From Clostridia bacterium (GTDB lineage: Bacteria; Bacillota; Clostridia; Lachnospirales; JAOARL01): DNA of 64,000 nucleotides. Under the pieces are notes generated by a model, which made no database searches, had not been told where the DNA came from, and worked only from the letters and a program-made list of their open reading frames with translations. The stretch spans positions 55,671 through 119,670 of the forward strand of contig JAOARL010000005.1 of NCBI GenBank assembly GCA_025210555.1, in the 5' to 3' direction. Shown here one piece after another: positions 1 through 8,874 of the stretch; the stretch's first letter is position 1; each line of letters opens with the position of its first letter. The translations under genes and the position numbers were made by a program.

Positions 1-927
1 TCCAGCATTATCACCATCATATGCAATAATAACTTCATCTACATACTTTTTCATAAGTGATGCTTGTTCTTTTGTAAATGCAGTTCCAAGGGACGCTACA
101 ACATTTGTAAATCCAGCTTGGTATACCGATATTACATCCATATAGCCTTCAACTATTATTAGAAAATTAGTTTTAGCTTTTTTAGCTAAGTTCATATTAT
201 ATAGTTGTTCTCTTTTATTAAATACTATACCTTCTGGTGAATTTAGATATTTAGGCTCACCTTTATCAAGTATCCTTCCACCAAATCCGATGACTCTGTT
301 ATGGACGTCAAATATAGGAAACATTAGTCTATCCCTAAATCTATTAAAAGTCTTTCCATTTTTACTTGAGAATAATCCTGATTTTTCTATTTCTTCATCA
401 CTATATCCTTTTGCTTTTAAATGATCTAAAAGATCATTCCAACTCTCATTTGCATATCCGATACCAAATCTTTTTCTAATATCTAAATTAAGTTCTCTAT
501 TAGATAGGTATTCTGTAGCTCTATCTCCATTTTTTGTATATAAATTATCATAGAAAAACTTACCAGCATCTTTATTCATATCATAGATTCTTTCTTTCAT
601 TCTATAATATTTTTTCTGTTTATCTGAAAGCTTTGCTTCTGGAAGTTCTATCCCATACTTCTTAGCTAAGAACTTTATTGCTTCTGGAAACTCAAAATTC
701 TCAATTTGCATTAAAAATGTAAAAACATTACCTCCAGCACCACAACCAAAGCAGTGAAACATTCTTTTGTCCCTACTAACTACAAACGATGGTGTCTTTT
801 CGCTATGAAACGGACATAATCCTGTGAAATTATTCCCTTTTTGAGTAAGATTAACATACTCTGATACAACATCCACAATGTCTGCTGAATCCATTATTTG
901 TTCAATTATTTCATTTGGATAATACAT
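1..927 (-). CDS. dnaG: DNA primase, N-terminal ~309 codons (gene continues past the left edge)
   Basis: Not in the ORF track because it has no in-window stop. Own translation from ATG at 927 (GGGAGG just upstream): MYYPNEIIEQIMDSADIVDVVSEYVNLTQKGNNFTGLCPFHSEKTPSFVV...HCFGCGAGGNVFTF, the CHC2 primase zinc finger. Toprim-like LIIVEGYMD near 130-160. Confidence 0.9.
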   Translation of the reverse strand, partial: MYYPNEIIEQIMDSADIVDVVSEYVNLTQKGNNFTGLCPFHSEKTPSFVVSRDKRMFHCFGCGAGGNVFTFLMQIENFEFPEAIKFLAKKYGIELPEAKLSDKQKKYYRMKERIYDMNKDAGKFFYDNLYTKNGDRATEYLSNRELNLDIRKRFGIGYANESWNDLLDHLKAKGYSDEEIEKSGLFSSKNGKTFNRFRDRLMFPIFDVHNRVIGFGGRILDKGEPKYLNSPEGIVFNKREQLYNMNLAKKAKTNFLIIVEGYMDVISVYQAGFTNVVASLGTAFTKEQASLMKKYVDEVIIAYDGDNAG

Positions 928-1003
928 AATACCTCCCTTCGCCTCTACTTTATATATTCTATACTTTTACCAAAAAACCTTTTTTTGTAACACAAATGTA
1001 ATA

Positions 1004-1786
1004 TTATATTTTTCTTTTTACTTCTATAAATAATCTATCTTTTTTAGTTTTTCTAATATTACTTGTTATTACAAATCTACCATGACCTCTTATAGATAAT
1101 AAATCTTCTTCCTTTAAAGTGTATGTTTTCTTATTTATAAGTTTAAAGTTAACCTTAATTTTATCATTATCTATATACTTTATTGCTTCACTTCTAGATG
1201 TTTTAAGTAAACTTGCAACAAAAGCATCTAATCTCATAGATGTTACATTCATATTTATAATTTCATATTTTTCTGCTGGTATCTCTATATCACTTAAACT
1301 AATTTCTTTAACACTTATTGTCTCTCTTCCAATCTTTTTTAAGTTATCTATTATAAACTCTTTAATATCTTCTTTTATAATAATCTGTCCGTAGTTTTCA
1401 TGAATAATTATATCACCTATAACCTCTTTACTTATTCCAAGATTAAGTATACTTCCCATGTAGTTTCTATGGCTTATTTTATTAAATTTAAAATCACCTT
1501 TTATTTCAATAGCTACTACATCCTTATTTTCTAATGCACAAAAGAAAGATGGATAAATAACTAGCACATTTCTCTCAGCACCTTCATATCCACCTATGAC
1601 TTCATATTTAAGGTCTTCAAACCTATTAAGTATACTTTCTGCTATGCTAATTTCATAAGGATCTAAAAAATTAGTATATACACATATATTCTTAAATAGT
1701 ACTTTATCTATTTTATCTAATATACTTCTTGCATATATTTTTTTATCTTCTTCTACGTGTCTTATTAATTCATCTTTGTCTCTCAT
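1004..1786 (-). CDS. ylmH: YlmH-like RNA-binding protein with C-terminal S4 domain
   Basis: 260 aa. TNFLDPYE...GGYEGAERNVLVIYP, HRNYMGSILNLGISKEVIGDI, and S4-like SMRLDAFVASLLKTSRSEAIKYI...IRGHGRF. ATGA overlap with the upstream dgt stop. Confidence 0.7.
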   Translation of the reverse strand: MRDKDELIRHVEEDKKIYARSILDKIDKVLFKNICVYTNFLDPYEISIAESILNRFEDLKYEVIGGYEGAERNVLVIYPSFFCALENKDVVAIEIKGDFKFNKISHRNYMGSILNLGISKEVIGDIIIHENYGQIIIKEDIKEFIIDNLKKIGRETISVKEISLSDIEIPAEKYEIINMNVTSMRLDAFVASLLKTSRSEAIKYIDNDKIKVNFKLINKKTYTLKEEDLLSIRGHGRFVITSNIRKTKKDRLFIEVKRKI

Positions 1787-2757
1787 AATATTAAATCCAC
1801 CAAATAAACATTTTTAAATTCGACCATAGCTTCTTTATCTGTCATTGAAGCTATATGATCACATATTGCTCTATCTTCATCTTCATACTCTTTAAACTTA
1901 CTATTAGCATTACCTTTATAATATTCATATAGATGTCTTATTATATTCATTACTTTTTCATCATTATGATTTACTCTTGGGTATACTTCTTTATACATAT
2001 ATTTTCTAAGTGCATAGAAATATTTCTCACATTCTTCACTCATAAGAATGTCATTCTTTCCCTCGCTAGTATTAATTATGTCCGTAACAAACTTATTTAT
2101 TCTCTCACTTGGTTTTTCACCTAAATATTCTACTATATCTGCTGGTATCTCTTCAATTTTAAGTATTCCAACATTTATTGAATCGTCAATATCATGACTG
2201 AGATAAGCTATTTTATCTGCAAGCCTTACAACTTTACCTTCTAACGTTGATGGATTCTTGCTAAGCGAATGATTAACAATTCCATCTTTAACTTCATGTG
2301 TTAAGTTAAGACCTTTCCCATTTTTTTCTAACTTTTCTACTACTCTTAGCCCTTGTATTGCATGGTCAAAACCTGAAGGACAAAGTTCATCTAATACTCT
2401 TTCAGCGGCATGTCCAAATGGAGGATGCCCTACATCATGGCCTAAAGCTATAGCTTCTGTTAATGTCTCATTTAAATCTAGAGCAACTGCTATGCTCCTT
2501 GCAATTTGAGCAACCTGAAGTGTATGCGTAAGTCTTGTAACATAATTATCTTTATCACTAGCTATAAAAACTTGTGTCTTGCCCTTAAGTGCTTTAAATG
2601 CTTCTGAATGAATTATTCTATCTCTATCCCTTTGAAAATCTGTCCTTACGCTGCATTTTTCCTCGACAAAAACTCTTCCTTTAGTTTTAGCACTAAGTGT
2701 AGCATAGTCACTTAAAATATTCTTTTCAATATTCTCATGTTTTTCACGTATATTCAT
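1783..2757 (-). CDS. dgt: dGTPase-like HD-domain triphosphohydrolase (short form)
   Basis: 324 aa. HD motifs RLTHTLQVAQIARSIA, GHDVGHPPFGH, DKIAYLSHDIDD. RBS GGAGGAG. Confidence 0.8.
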   Translation of the reverse strand: MNIREKHENIEKNILSDYATLSAKTKGRVFVEEKCSVRTDFQRDRDRIIHSEAFKALKGKTQVFIASDKDNYVTRLTHTLQVAQIARSIAVALDLNETLTEAIALGHDVGHPPFGHAAERVLDELCPSGFDHAIQGLRVVEKLEKNGKGLNLTHEVKDGIVNHSLSKNPSTLEGKVVRLADKIAYLSHDIDDSINVGILKIEEIPADIVEYLGEKPSERINKFVTDIINTSEGKNDILMSEECEKYFYALRKYMYKEVYPRVNHNDEKVMNIIRHLYEYYKGNANSKFKEYEDEDRAICDHIASMTDKEAMVEFKNVYLVDLIL

Positions 2758-2772
2758 AGCTCACTCCTCCAA

Positions 2773-3537
2773 TTAACTATATAATCTTTGTCTTACTACC
2801 TCATATAAAAGTATTCCTGATGCCATTGCTGCATTAAGCGATTCCGAATCTCCTATTATTGGTAATTTCACTTTCATATCGCACAGTTCTGTAACTTCAT
2901 CACTAAGTCCATTGCCTTCATTCCCTATTACAAAAGCAATATTATTTTTTAATTCTAAGTCATATGCCATCTTATCTGTTCTAAGATGAGCACCTAATAC
3001 TTTAACATCTTTATTTTTAAGCTTATTTATAACTGACTCTAAATTAACACCATCTATAGTTGAAATATTAAATAATGAACCCATAGTTGATCTAACAACT
3101 TTTGGGTTATATAAATCAACACTACCTTTTGATATTATAACCCCGCTTGCTCCAGCTGCGTCAGCAGTTCTAATTATAGTTCCTAGGTTTCCAGGATCTT
3201 GTATTTCTTCAAGTATAACTATAAATTTATTGTCTGAATCAAGCATATTATCTATTGTACATTCTTTCTTTTTACAAACTGCAATAACTCCTTGAGTTGT
3301 TACAGTTTCTGATAATTTTTTTATTACATTATCTTTTACTTCTATAATTCTTTCATCTTCAAAATTAAGCTCAACTTCTTCGGATTTTAATATGAATTCT
3401 ATATCCATTCTTTCGTGATAATCTTCAATCGTCTTCTTACTTTCTACAACAAACAGCCCTTCATTGTCTCTAAACTTTTTAGTCGATAGCAGATTTGAAA
3501 CTAGTTTTATTTTTTTATTTTGTGAACTCTCTATCAT
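2773..3537 (-). CDS. TrmH/SpoU-family RNA 2'-O-methyltransferase
   Basis: 254 aa. PGNLGTIIRTADAAG, FVIGNEGNGLS, LPIIGDSESLNAAMASGILLYE. Confidence 0.8.
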   Translation of the reverse strand: MIESSQNKKIKLVSNLLSTKKFRDNEGLFVVESKKTIEDYHERMDIEFILKSEEVELNFEDERIIEVKDNVIKKLSETVTTQGVIAVCKKKECTIDNMLDSDNKFIVILEEIQDPGNLGTIIRTADAAGASGVIISKGSVDLYNPKVVRSTMGSLFNISTIDGVNLESVINKLKNKDVKVLGAHLRTDKMAYDLELKNNIAFVIGNEGNGLSDEVTELCDMKVKLPIIGDSESLNAAMASGILLYEVVRQRLYS

Positions 3538-3586
3538 CTAATCATCTCCATATATTTATCTCTAATAATTTTATCATAACCTGCAA

Positions 3587-3614
3587 GAAAAAAACAGTAG
3601 ACAATACTACTGTT
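3587..3614 (-). terminator. Rho-independent terminator after trkA
   Basis: Stem AACAGTAG/CTACTGTT, 6-nt loop, A-run on plus (T-run on minus). Confidence 0.6.
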
Positions 3615-3618
3615 AAAT

Positions 3619-4290
3619 TTACTTTTTAATAAAATCCACTTCTTTTAAAACTGTATTTCTACCTATTGCAACTAGTACCTGTCCTTTTTTAAGTGGTGCA
3701 TCTGCTTTAGGAGCTATACTTAATTTACCATTTTCTCCTCTAAGTGCAATAACATTTATGCCATAATTACCTCTAAGTGATATTTCTTTAAGACTTTTAC
3801 CTTCCCACTCTTCGTATAGATCTATTTCTGCAATACTATATTCATCTGAAAGTTCAATGAAGTCTAAAATATTCTTACTCATTAAACTATTAGCTACTTT
3901 AGCTCCCATTTCTCTTTCAGGGAATACAACTCTATCAGCACCAATCTTTTCAAGTACTTTCTTTTGAGTTGAATTTTGAGCCTTAACTATAACTTCTTCA
4001 ACTCCTAAATCTTTTAAGTTAAGAGTTGCTAATATACTTGCTTCAAGATTACTCCCTGCAGCAACTATTGCAACATCAAAGTTTCCAGCCCCAATTTGCT
4101 TTAAGAACTCTATATCCGTCATACTTCCTATTACTGAATGCGTAACGCAATCTTTAATTTCATCTATTTTTTTATGTGACTTATCAACTGCAAGAACATC
4201 ACATCCGTTAAGTGATAGGGTTTTTGCAACACTAGTTCCAAATCTTCCAAGTCCTAATACTAAAAATTGTTTTTCAATTTTCTTTCCCAT
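3619..4290 (-). CDS. trkA: K+ uptake system NAD-binding subunit (TrkA/KtrA type)
   Basis: 223 aa. Rossmann LVLGLGRFGTSVAKTL plus a TrkA-C-like C-terminal half. Immediately downstream of trkH. Confidence 0.85.
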   Translation of the reverse strand: MGKKIEKQFLVLGLGRFGTSVAKTLSLNGCDVLAVDKSHKKIDEIKDCVTHSVIGSMTDIEFLKQIGAGNFDVAIVAAGSNLEASILATLNLKDLGVEEVIVKAQNSTQKKVLEKIGADRVVFPEREMGAKVANSLMSKNILDFIELSDEYSIAEIDLYEEWEGKSLKEISLRGNYGINVIALRGENGKLSIAPKADAPLKKGQVLVAIGRNTVLKEVDFIKK

Positions 4291-4304
4291 TTTAATCCTC
4301 CAAT

Positions 4305-5735
4305 TTATCCTACAAGTATCTTTTCTTCTGGATACTCTATTTTATTTTTATTATCATCTTGTTTAAGTAATAATGCAAGTGCTATTGTTACAGGCCCTAG
4401 TCTTCCTATAAACATTGTTATAGCTATTATTATCTTACCTGCGACTGATAAACTTGATGTTATACCAAGTGTTAATCCTACTGTTGCAAAAGCAGAAGTT
4501 GCTTCAAAGAACAAATCCATAAAACTTGGATAAGCACATACACTTCCTGCTCCACCAGTTAAAAAACTTGGAGCCTCTGTTATTGATAAAAGCATTGTTA
4601 CACCTACAACTATAGACATGGCTATCATTATAACTGCTAATGCTCTATTAACTAAGCTAAATGATATTTTTCTTCCGTATACATTAACTTTGTCTTCTCC
4701 TCTTAATGTAGATAAAACAGTTAATATTAAAATACCTACCGTTACTGTCTTGATACCACCCGCTGTTCCTGCTGGTGATCCTCCTACAAACATAAGTAGA
4801 ATTGTCATAAATTTAGATGCATAACTCATTGCTCCTAAATCAATTGTATTAAATCCTGCAGTTCTCGGAGTTACTGATTGAAACATTGAAGCCCAAACTT
4901 TTTGACCTAATGTCATTGAACCAAGTGTTTCGGGATTTCTATATTCAGCTATAAAGAAAAATATAAATCCTACAACTAAGAAAAATGTTGTAAGTGATAA
5001 AACAAGTTTTGTATGTAATGAAAACTTATCAAACCATTTTTTTAAACTTAATTTTTCTCTTATTTTTATTTTAGTTGTTTCTATAAAATCAATCCAAACA
5101 GTAAATCCAATACCACCTATTATAATAAGTAGCATTATAGTTATATTCACCATTGGATTATATACATATGGTGTTAAGCTTGAATCTCCAACTATATCAA
5201 ATCCTGCATTACAAAATGCTGATATAGAGTGGAATATACTATAAAATATTCCTCTTTTAATACCATGTTCTGGTATAAATACAAAAGATAACATTATAGC
5301 CCCAATAAGCTCTACTAAAATAGTCCCTTTAATTATATTAAGTACAAGTTTAACCATTCCAGACATATCATTCTGATTAAACGCTTCTTGAATAAGCAAT
5401 CTACCTTTAAGTGTTATTCTTTTACCTAAAAGCAAAAACAACATTGTTACAAGTGACATAAATCCAAGTCCACCTATTTGTATAAGACATATAATTACCA
5501 CCTTACCAAACACGCTCCAATGAGCCAGTGTATTTACTACTACAAGCCCTGTAACACATACCGCTGATGTAGAAGTAAAAAGTGCATCTATAAAACCTAT
5601 GCTTTCTCCATTCATACTTGCTACTGGTAAATTAAGTAAAAACGCTCCCAGCATTATTACTACAAAGAAACCAAACACTAATATTTGTGTTGGTGACATA
5701 TTAAAAATTTTCATTATACTATATTTATTTTCCAT
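4305..5735 (-). CDS. trkH: K+ transporter membrane subunit (TrkH/KtrB family)
   Basis: 476 aa polytopic membrane protein with repeated pore-loop-like segments (CNAGFD, RTAGFNT, GGSPAGTAGGIKT). Confidence 0.85.
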   Translation of the reverse strand: MENKYSIMKIFNMSPTQILVFGFFVVIMLGAFLLNLPVASMNGESIGFIDALFTSTSAVCVTGLVVVNTLAHWSVFGKVVIICLIQIGGLGFMSLVTMLFLLLGKRITLKGRLLIQEAFNQNDMSGMVKLVLNIIKGTILVELIGAIMLSFVFIPEHGIKRGIFYSIFHSISAFCNAGFDIVGDSSLTPYVYNPMVNITIMLLIIIGGIGFTVWIDFIETTKIKIREKLSLKKWFDKFSLHTKLVLSLTTFFLVVGFIFFFIAEYRNPETLGSMTLGQKVWASMFQSVTPRTAGFNTIDLGAMSYASKFMTILLMFVGGSPAGTAGGIKTVTVGILILTVLSTLRGEDKVNVYGRKISFSLVNRALAVIMIAMSIVVGVTMLLSITEAPSFLTGGAGSVCAYPSFMDLFFEATSAFATVGLTLGITSSLSVAGKIIIAITMFIGRLGPVTIALALLLKQDDNKNKIEYPEEKILVG

Positions 5736-5785
5736 TTCTTGTTCCTTCCATTTATAATCTAGATAATATTATATCACCCACACAC

Positions 5786-5816
5786 AAAAAAATAAAGACA
5801 GATTAAATCTGCCTTT
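5786..5816 (-). terminator. Rho-independent terminator after the 381-aa gene
   Basis: Stem AAAGACAGAT/ATCTGCCTTT (1 mismatch), followed by a T-run on minus. Confidence 0.55.
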
Positions 5817-5821
5817 ATAAA

Positions 5822-6967
5822 TTATTCAATAGTAAATGTAAATGCTTCTTCCTCTTCATTCTCATTTTCTTTTGTTAATACTTCTACATCACCAAACCAC
5901 ATTGTAAGTAGTGCTTTTTTATCTTCACTTGAAAATGCTTCTTCATTTACCCCCATACAATTTAATTGACCAGTTTCTTCATCATAATACTTTATAAACA
6001 TTCCATCTTCAGTACTAATAACACCCTTAACTTCAATAAATTTAGCTTTATATCCATCTTTTTCAGCTTCTGTCTCATCGCATTTAGAAACAACTGTTTC
6101 ACCTGTTCTTTCATCAACTGTTTCTTCCCATTTCGGTTCATTCACGTATAAAAGGAAAACAGTATTAACAACTTCCGAATGCTTAACATCTGTATTAGAT
6201 AAGTCCATTGTTTTGCCAATTTCATCTAATAAACCTGTTTCTGCAAGGACCTTTGAATAAGCTTTTTCACTATCTAGTCCATTTTTTACCTCTATATCAA
6301 CTAATTTATCTAGTCCTTGTCTATCAACTAATTTCTTTATAACATCCCATTTTGCACTTTCACTGCGTCTATCAAATTCATCTCCCATCAAGTCATATAC
6401 TGACTCAATCCCTGTAATTTCAGAACTTTGATCTTCTAATTGACTTTTTTCATCTTCATTTCTATATTTGAAACCATTAGTGTCAAGAATATTTATTACA
6501 TTTCCTTCTAGGGTAACTACTGCTTTTTCTCTCAATTCGTTAGTAGCTTCAGCTGCATATAACTCTTTAATTTCATCTCCATCAGCAAATACAGTTAACC
6601 AACCATCCTGATCAATTTTATTAATTTTTCCTTGTTTTTCAGATAAACTTAATTTAAGACCATCATCAGATAAATAGATATTTTCCACGCCTTCTAATAT
6701 TTCTAAATCTTGTCTATCTGCTTCATCTAATAAATCTTCATCACTCATTTTAGTATAGTCTAGTCTATCATCTAAAAATTCTAATTGATTTCTTAAAATG
6801 TTTCTTTCTACCCTATTGAGTAATCCATCATCATTAGGAGCCTCAGCAAATCCAGGAGCATTTGCGGCAGTAAATATCATTATAGAAGCTCCAATAGTTT
6901 TTTTATTCTCTATCACAAAATTTGACACTTTTTTTCCCATTTTTTTAATATTGTCTAATATCTTCAT
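5822..6967 (-). CDS. Hypothetical secreted, strongly acidic protein
   Basis: 381 aa. N-terminal hydrophobic segment ending ...TAANAPGFAEAP, remainder D/E-rich. RBS GGAGGA. No motif recognised. Confidence 0.6.
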   Translation of the reverse strand: MKILDNIKKMGKKVSNFVIENKKTIGASIMIFTAANAPGFAEAPNDDGLLNRVERNILRNQLEFLDDRLDYTKMSDEDLLDEADRQDLEILEGVENIYLSDDGLKLSLSEKQGKINKIDQDGWLTVFADGDEIKELYAAEATNELREKAVVTLEGNVINILDTNGFKYRNEDEKSQLEDQSSEITGIESVYDLMGDEFDRRSESAKWDVIKKLVDRQGLDKLVDIEVKNGLDSEKAYSKVLAETGLLDEIGKTMDLSNTDVKHSEVVNTVFLLYVNEPKWEETVDERTGETVVSKCDETEAEKDGYKAKFIEVKGVISTEDGMFIKYYDEETGQLNCMGVNEEAFSSEDKKALLTMWFGDVEVLTKENENEEEEAFTFTIE

Positions 6968-7091
6968 TTAAATTCCTCCATATTTTATTATTTTTTCAAA
7001 TTAAAAAGCAAGAAATACTCATCGAATATTTCAAGCTTTTTTCAACATAGATTTATAATAACATCAAATCGTAAAAAAATCAATGTTATTT

Positions 7092-7727
7092 CTAAATTTT
7101 CAGACTTTTGCCGTGCTTGCATATATCTCTTAAATGACATATCTCACATTTAGGTTTTTGACTGGTACATATCGCCCTTCCATGGTCAATTATCTGATGA
7201 TTATATTTTGTCCATGTCTCTTCAGGCAAAACTTTCATTAATTCATATTCTGCTTTTACAGGGTCAAGTGATTTTGTAAGTCCTAGTCTGTTAGATATTC
7301 TTTTTACATGAGTATCAACAACAATAGCTTGTTCATTAAATATATTTCCCCTTACTACATTTGCAGTTTTTCTTCCTACTCCTGGAAGTTTAATTAATTC
7401 ATCAATAGTTCGTGGCAAAACATCCTCATATTCATCATGAACTATATTTGCTGTTGCCAAAATGTTCTTTGCTTTGTTTTTATAAAAGCCTGTTGAATAT
7501 ATATCCTGCTCAAAATCTAAAAGATTAGCATTAGCAAAATCACTTATAGTTTTGTATTTATCAAAAAGCTTTTCTGTCACCTTATTAACTCTTTCGTCTG
7601 TACATTGAGCAGATAAAATAGTGGCAACTAACAGCTGCCACTCATTTTTGAAATTAAGAGAACATCCTGAATTAGGATATACTTCATTTAATCTATCTAT
7701 TAAAATCTTTATATTTGCTTTTGTCAT
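7092..7727 (-). CDS. nth: Endonuclease III (DNA glycosylase/AP lyase)
   Basis: 211 aa. LVATILSAQCTDERVN, HhH LPGVGRKTANVV, DTHV, C-terminal 4Fe-4S ligands CTSQKPKCEICHLRDIC. Confidence 0.92.
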   Translation of the reverse strand: MTKANIKILIDRLNEVYPNSGCSLNFKNEWQLLVATILSAQCTDERVNKVTEKLFDKYKTISDFANANLLDFEQDIYSTGFYKNKAKNILATANIVHDEYEDVLPRTIDELIKLPGVGRKTANVVRGNIFNEQAIVVDTHVKRISNRLGLTKSLDPVKAEYELMKVLPEETWTKYNHQIIDHGRAICTSQKPKCEICHLRDICKHGKSLKI

Positions 7728-8161
7728 ATAGCTTCTCTCATTCCTTTTCTTTTCTTCTTATTAATTCTTTCCTGATCTTCCTTAAGGCTCATTCCTATAT
7801 AATCAATCAAATAGTCACCTAAGTTAACTATCCTTCTAATAGTATCTTCAAAATCTTTATTTTCTTTAAGAATCTCCGAAACCTCTTTTAAAAACCATCT
7901 TGTTTCATTTTCTATATTAAATGATAATGGCTCTTCTTCTGAGAAGGATTCATCTCTTTGATTAATTATTTTAAAATATGTTTGCTTTATTTCTGATACA
8001 AAATTTACTAAATCATTTTCTATGTGTTTGTCAAAATTATACTCATTTGCACTTTCTACTTTTAACTTTATTTTATCCTCTAATACTTCAAGTATTTCAT
8101 ACATTTTTGTGTGGTTATAACATAATAGCCTACCGTATTCAGTACTACAATTAAATCTCAT
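7724..8161 (-). CDS. Hypothetical protein (145 aa from the preferred start)
   Basis: ORF track starts at 8182, but AGGAGG lies inside that extension, 8 nt before the ATG at 8161 (MRFNCSTEYG...). Stop overlaps the nth start (ATGA). Confidence 0.6.
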   Translation of the reverse strand: MRFNCSTEYGRLLCYNHTKMYEILEVLEDKIKLKVESANEYNFDKHIENDLVNFVSEIKQTYFKIINQRDESFSEEEPLSFNIENETRWFLKEVSEILKENKDFEDTIRRIVNLGDYLIDYIGMSLKEDQERINKKKRKGMREAI

Positions 8162-8205
8162 TTTAATCGCCTCCTTATGCATGTATTCTTATTGTTATTA
8201 TAACA

Positions 8206-8874
8206 TTATTCTTTATCATCTTCTAATTCATCTATTTGTTGCTCATCTGATTTGAATTTAACAACTTCTTCCGTTTCTATTGGTTGTCCAGTTTTTTCTT
8301 CTATATCTAGTAAACGTTTTAATGCTTCTTCATCAACCTTGGATCTATTCTTATTTAGTTGACTTATATCTATTTCATAAATACCTTCTCTATTTTTAAC
8401 TAATTCTGTTCCTATATATGTGTCTTCTATATCTGAAAACTCTTCTGCATGCTCATTTGCATTACCATATTCTTCCATTAAAGCTCCATCAATAAAATCT
8501 ATAGAGTCTATTTTAGCTGCTTCTATAGAAACATGTTTTGTTATAAGTTCATTCACTTCTTCTAAAAGTTCATCTAAATTTCTATTATCAAATCCTAAAG
8601 ACCATTTAACATGTCCTTTAAACCCATCAACATTTACTATCAAATCATTAAATACCGAATCTTTTTCTTCTTTAACTAAATCTTTTATAGCTTTTGTTTC
8701 TTCAACAAATAACTTTGCTGCGTCTAAAATTTCTTCACCTGTAATGGCTGCTTCAATACGAGCAAAAATATGATTATCTTCTGGATTAACTTTCTGCTCA
8801 TATTTAAGTAAAAGTTTTTCATATCCACTTAATATGTCTAGTAAATTTATTTTAGTGTTTTCCTTCTTCATCAT
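8206..8874 (-). CDS. Hypothetical acidic protein
   Basis: 222 aa, D/E-rich. RBS GGGGGAG. Its ATG overlaps the radical-SAM stop (ATGA). Confidence 0.6.
   Translation of the reverse strand: MMKKENTKINLLDILSGYEKLLLKYEQKVNPEDNHIFARIEAAITGEEILDAAKLFVEETKAIKDLVKEEKDSVFNDLIVNVDGFKGHVKWSLGFDNRNLDELLEEVNELITKHVSIEAAKIDSIDFIDGALMEEYGNANEHAEEFSDIEDTYIGTELVKNREGIYEIDISQLNKNRSKVDEEALKRLLDIEEKTGQPIETEEVVKFKSDEQQIDELEDDKE

Noticed and set aside
1783-2757. The dGTPase-like HD protein as an anti-phage nucleotide-depletion defence gene.
   Set aside because: It is the short (~324 aa) housekeeping Dgt-like form in the conserved dnaG neighbourhood, translationally coupled to ylmH. Nothing suggests an accessory defence context.
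5736-5821. A possible c-di-AMP (ydaO-type) riboswitch in front of the trkH/trkA K+ uptake genes.
   Set aside because: The leader is only 86 nt and most of it is the terminator of the upstream gene. That is too short for this riboswitch class, and no conserved pseudo-symmetric helices are visible.
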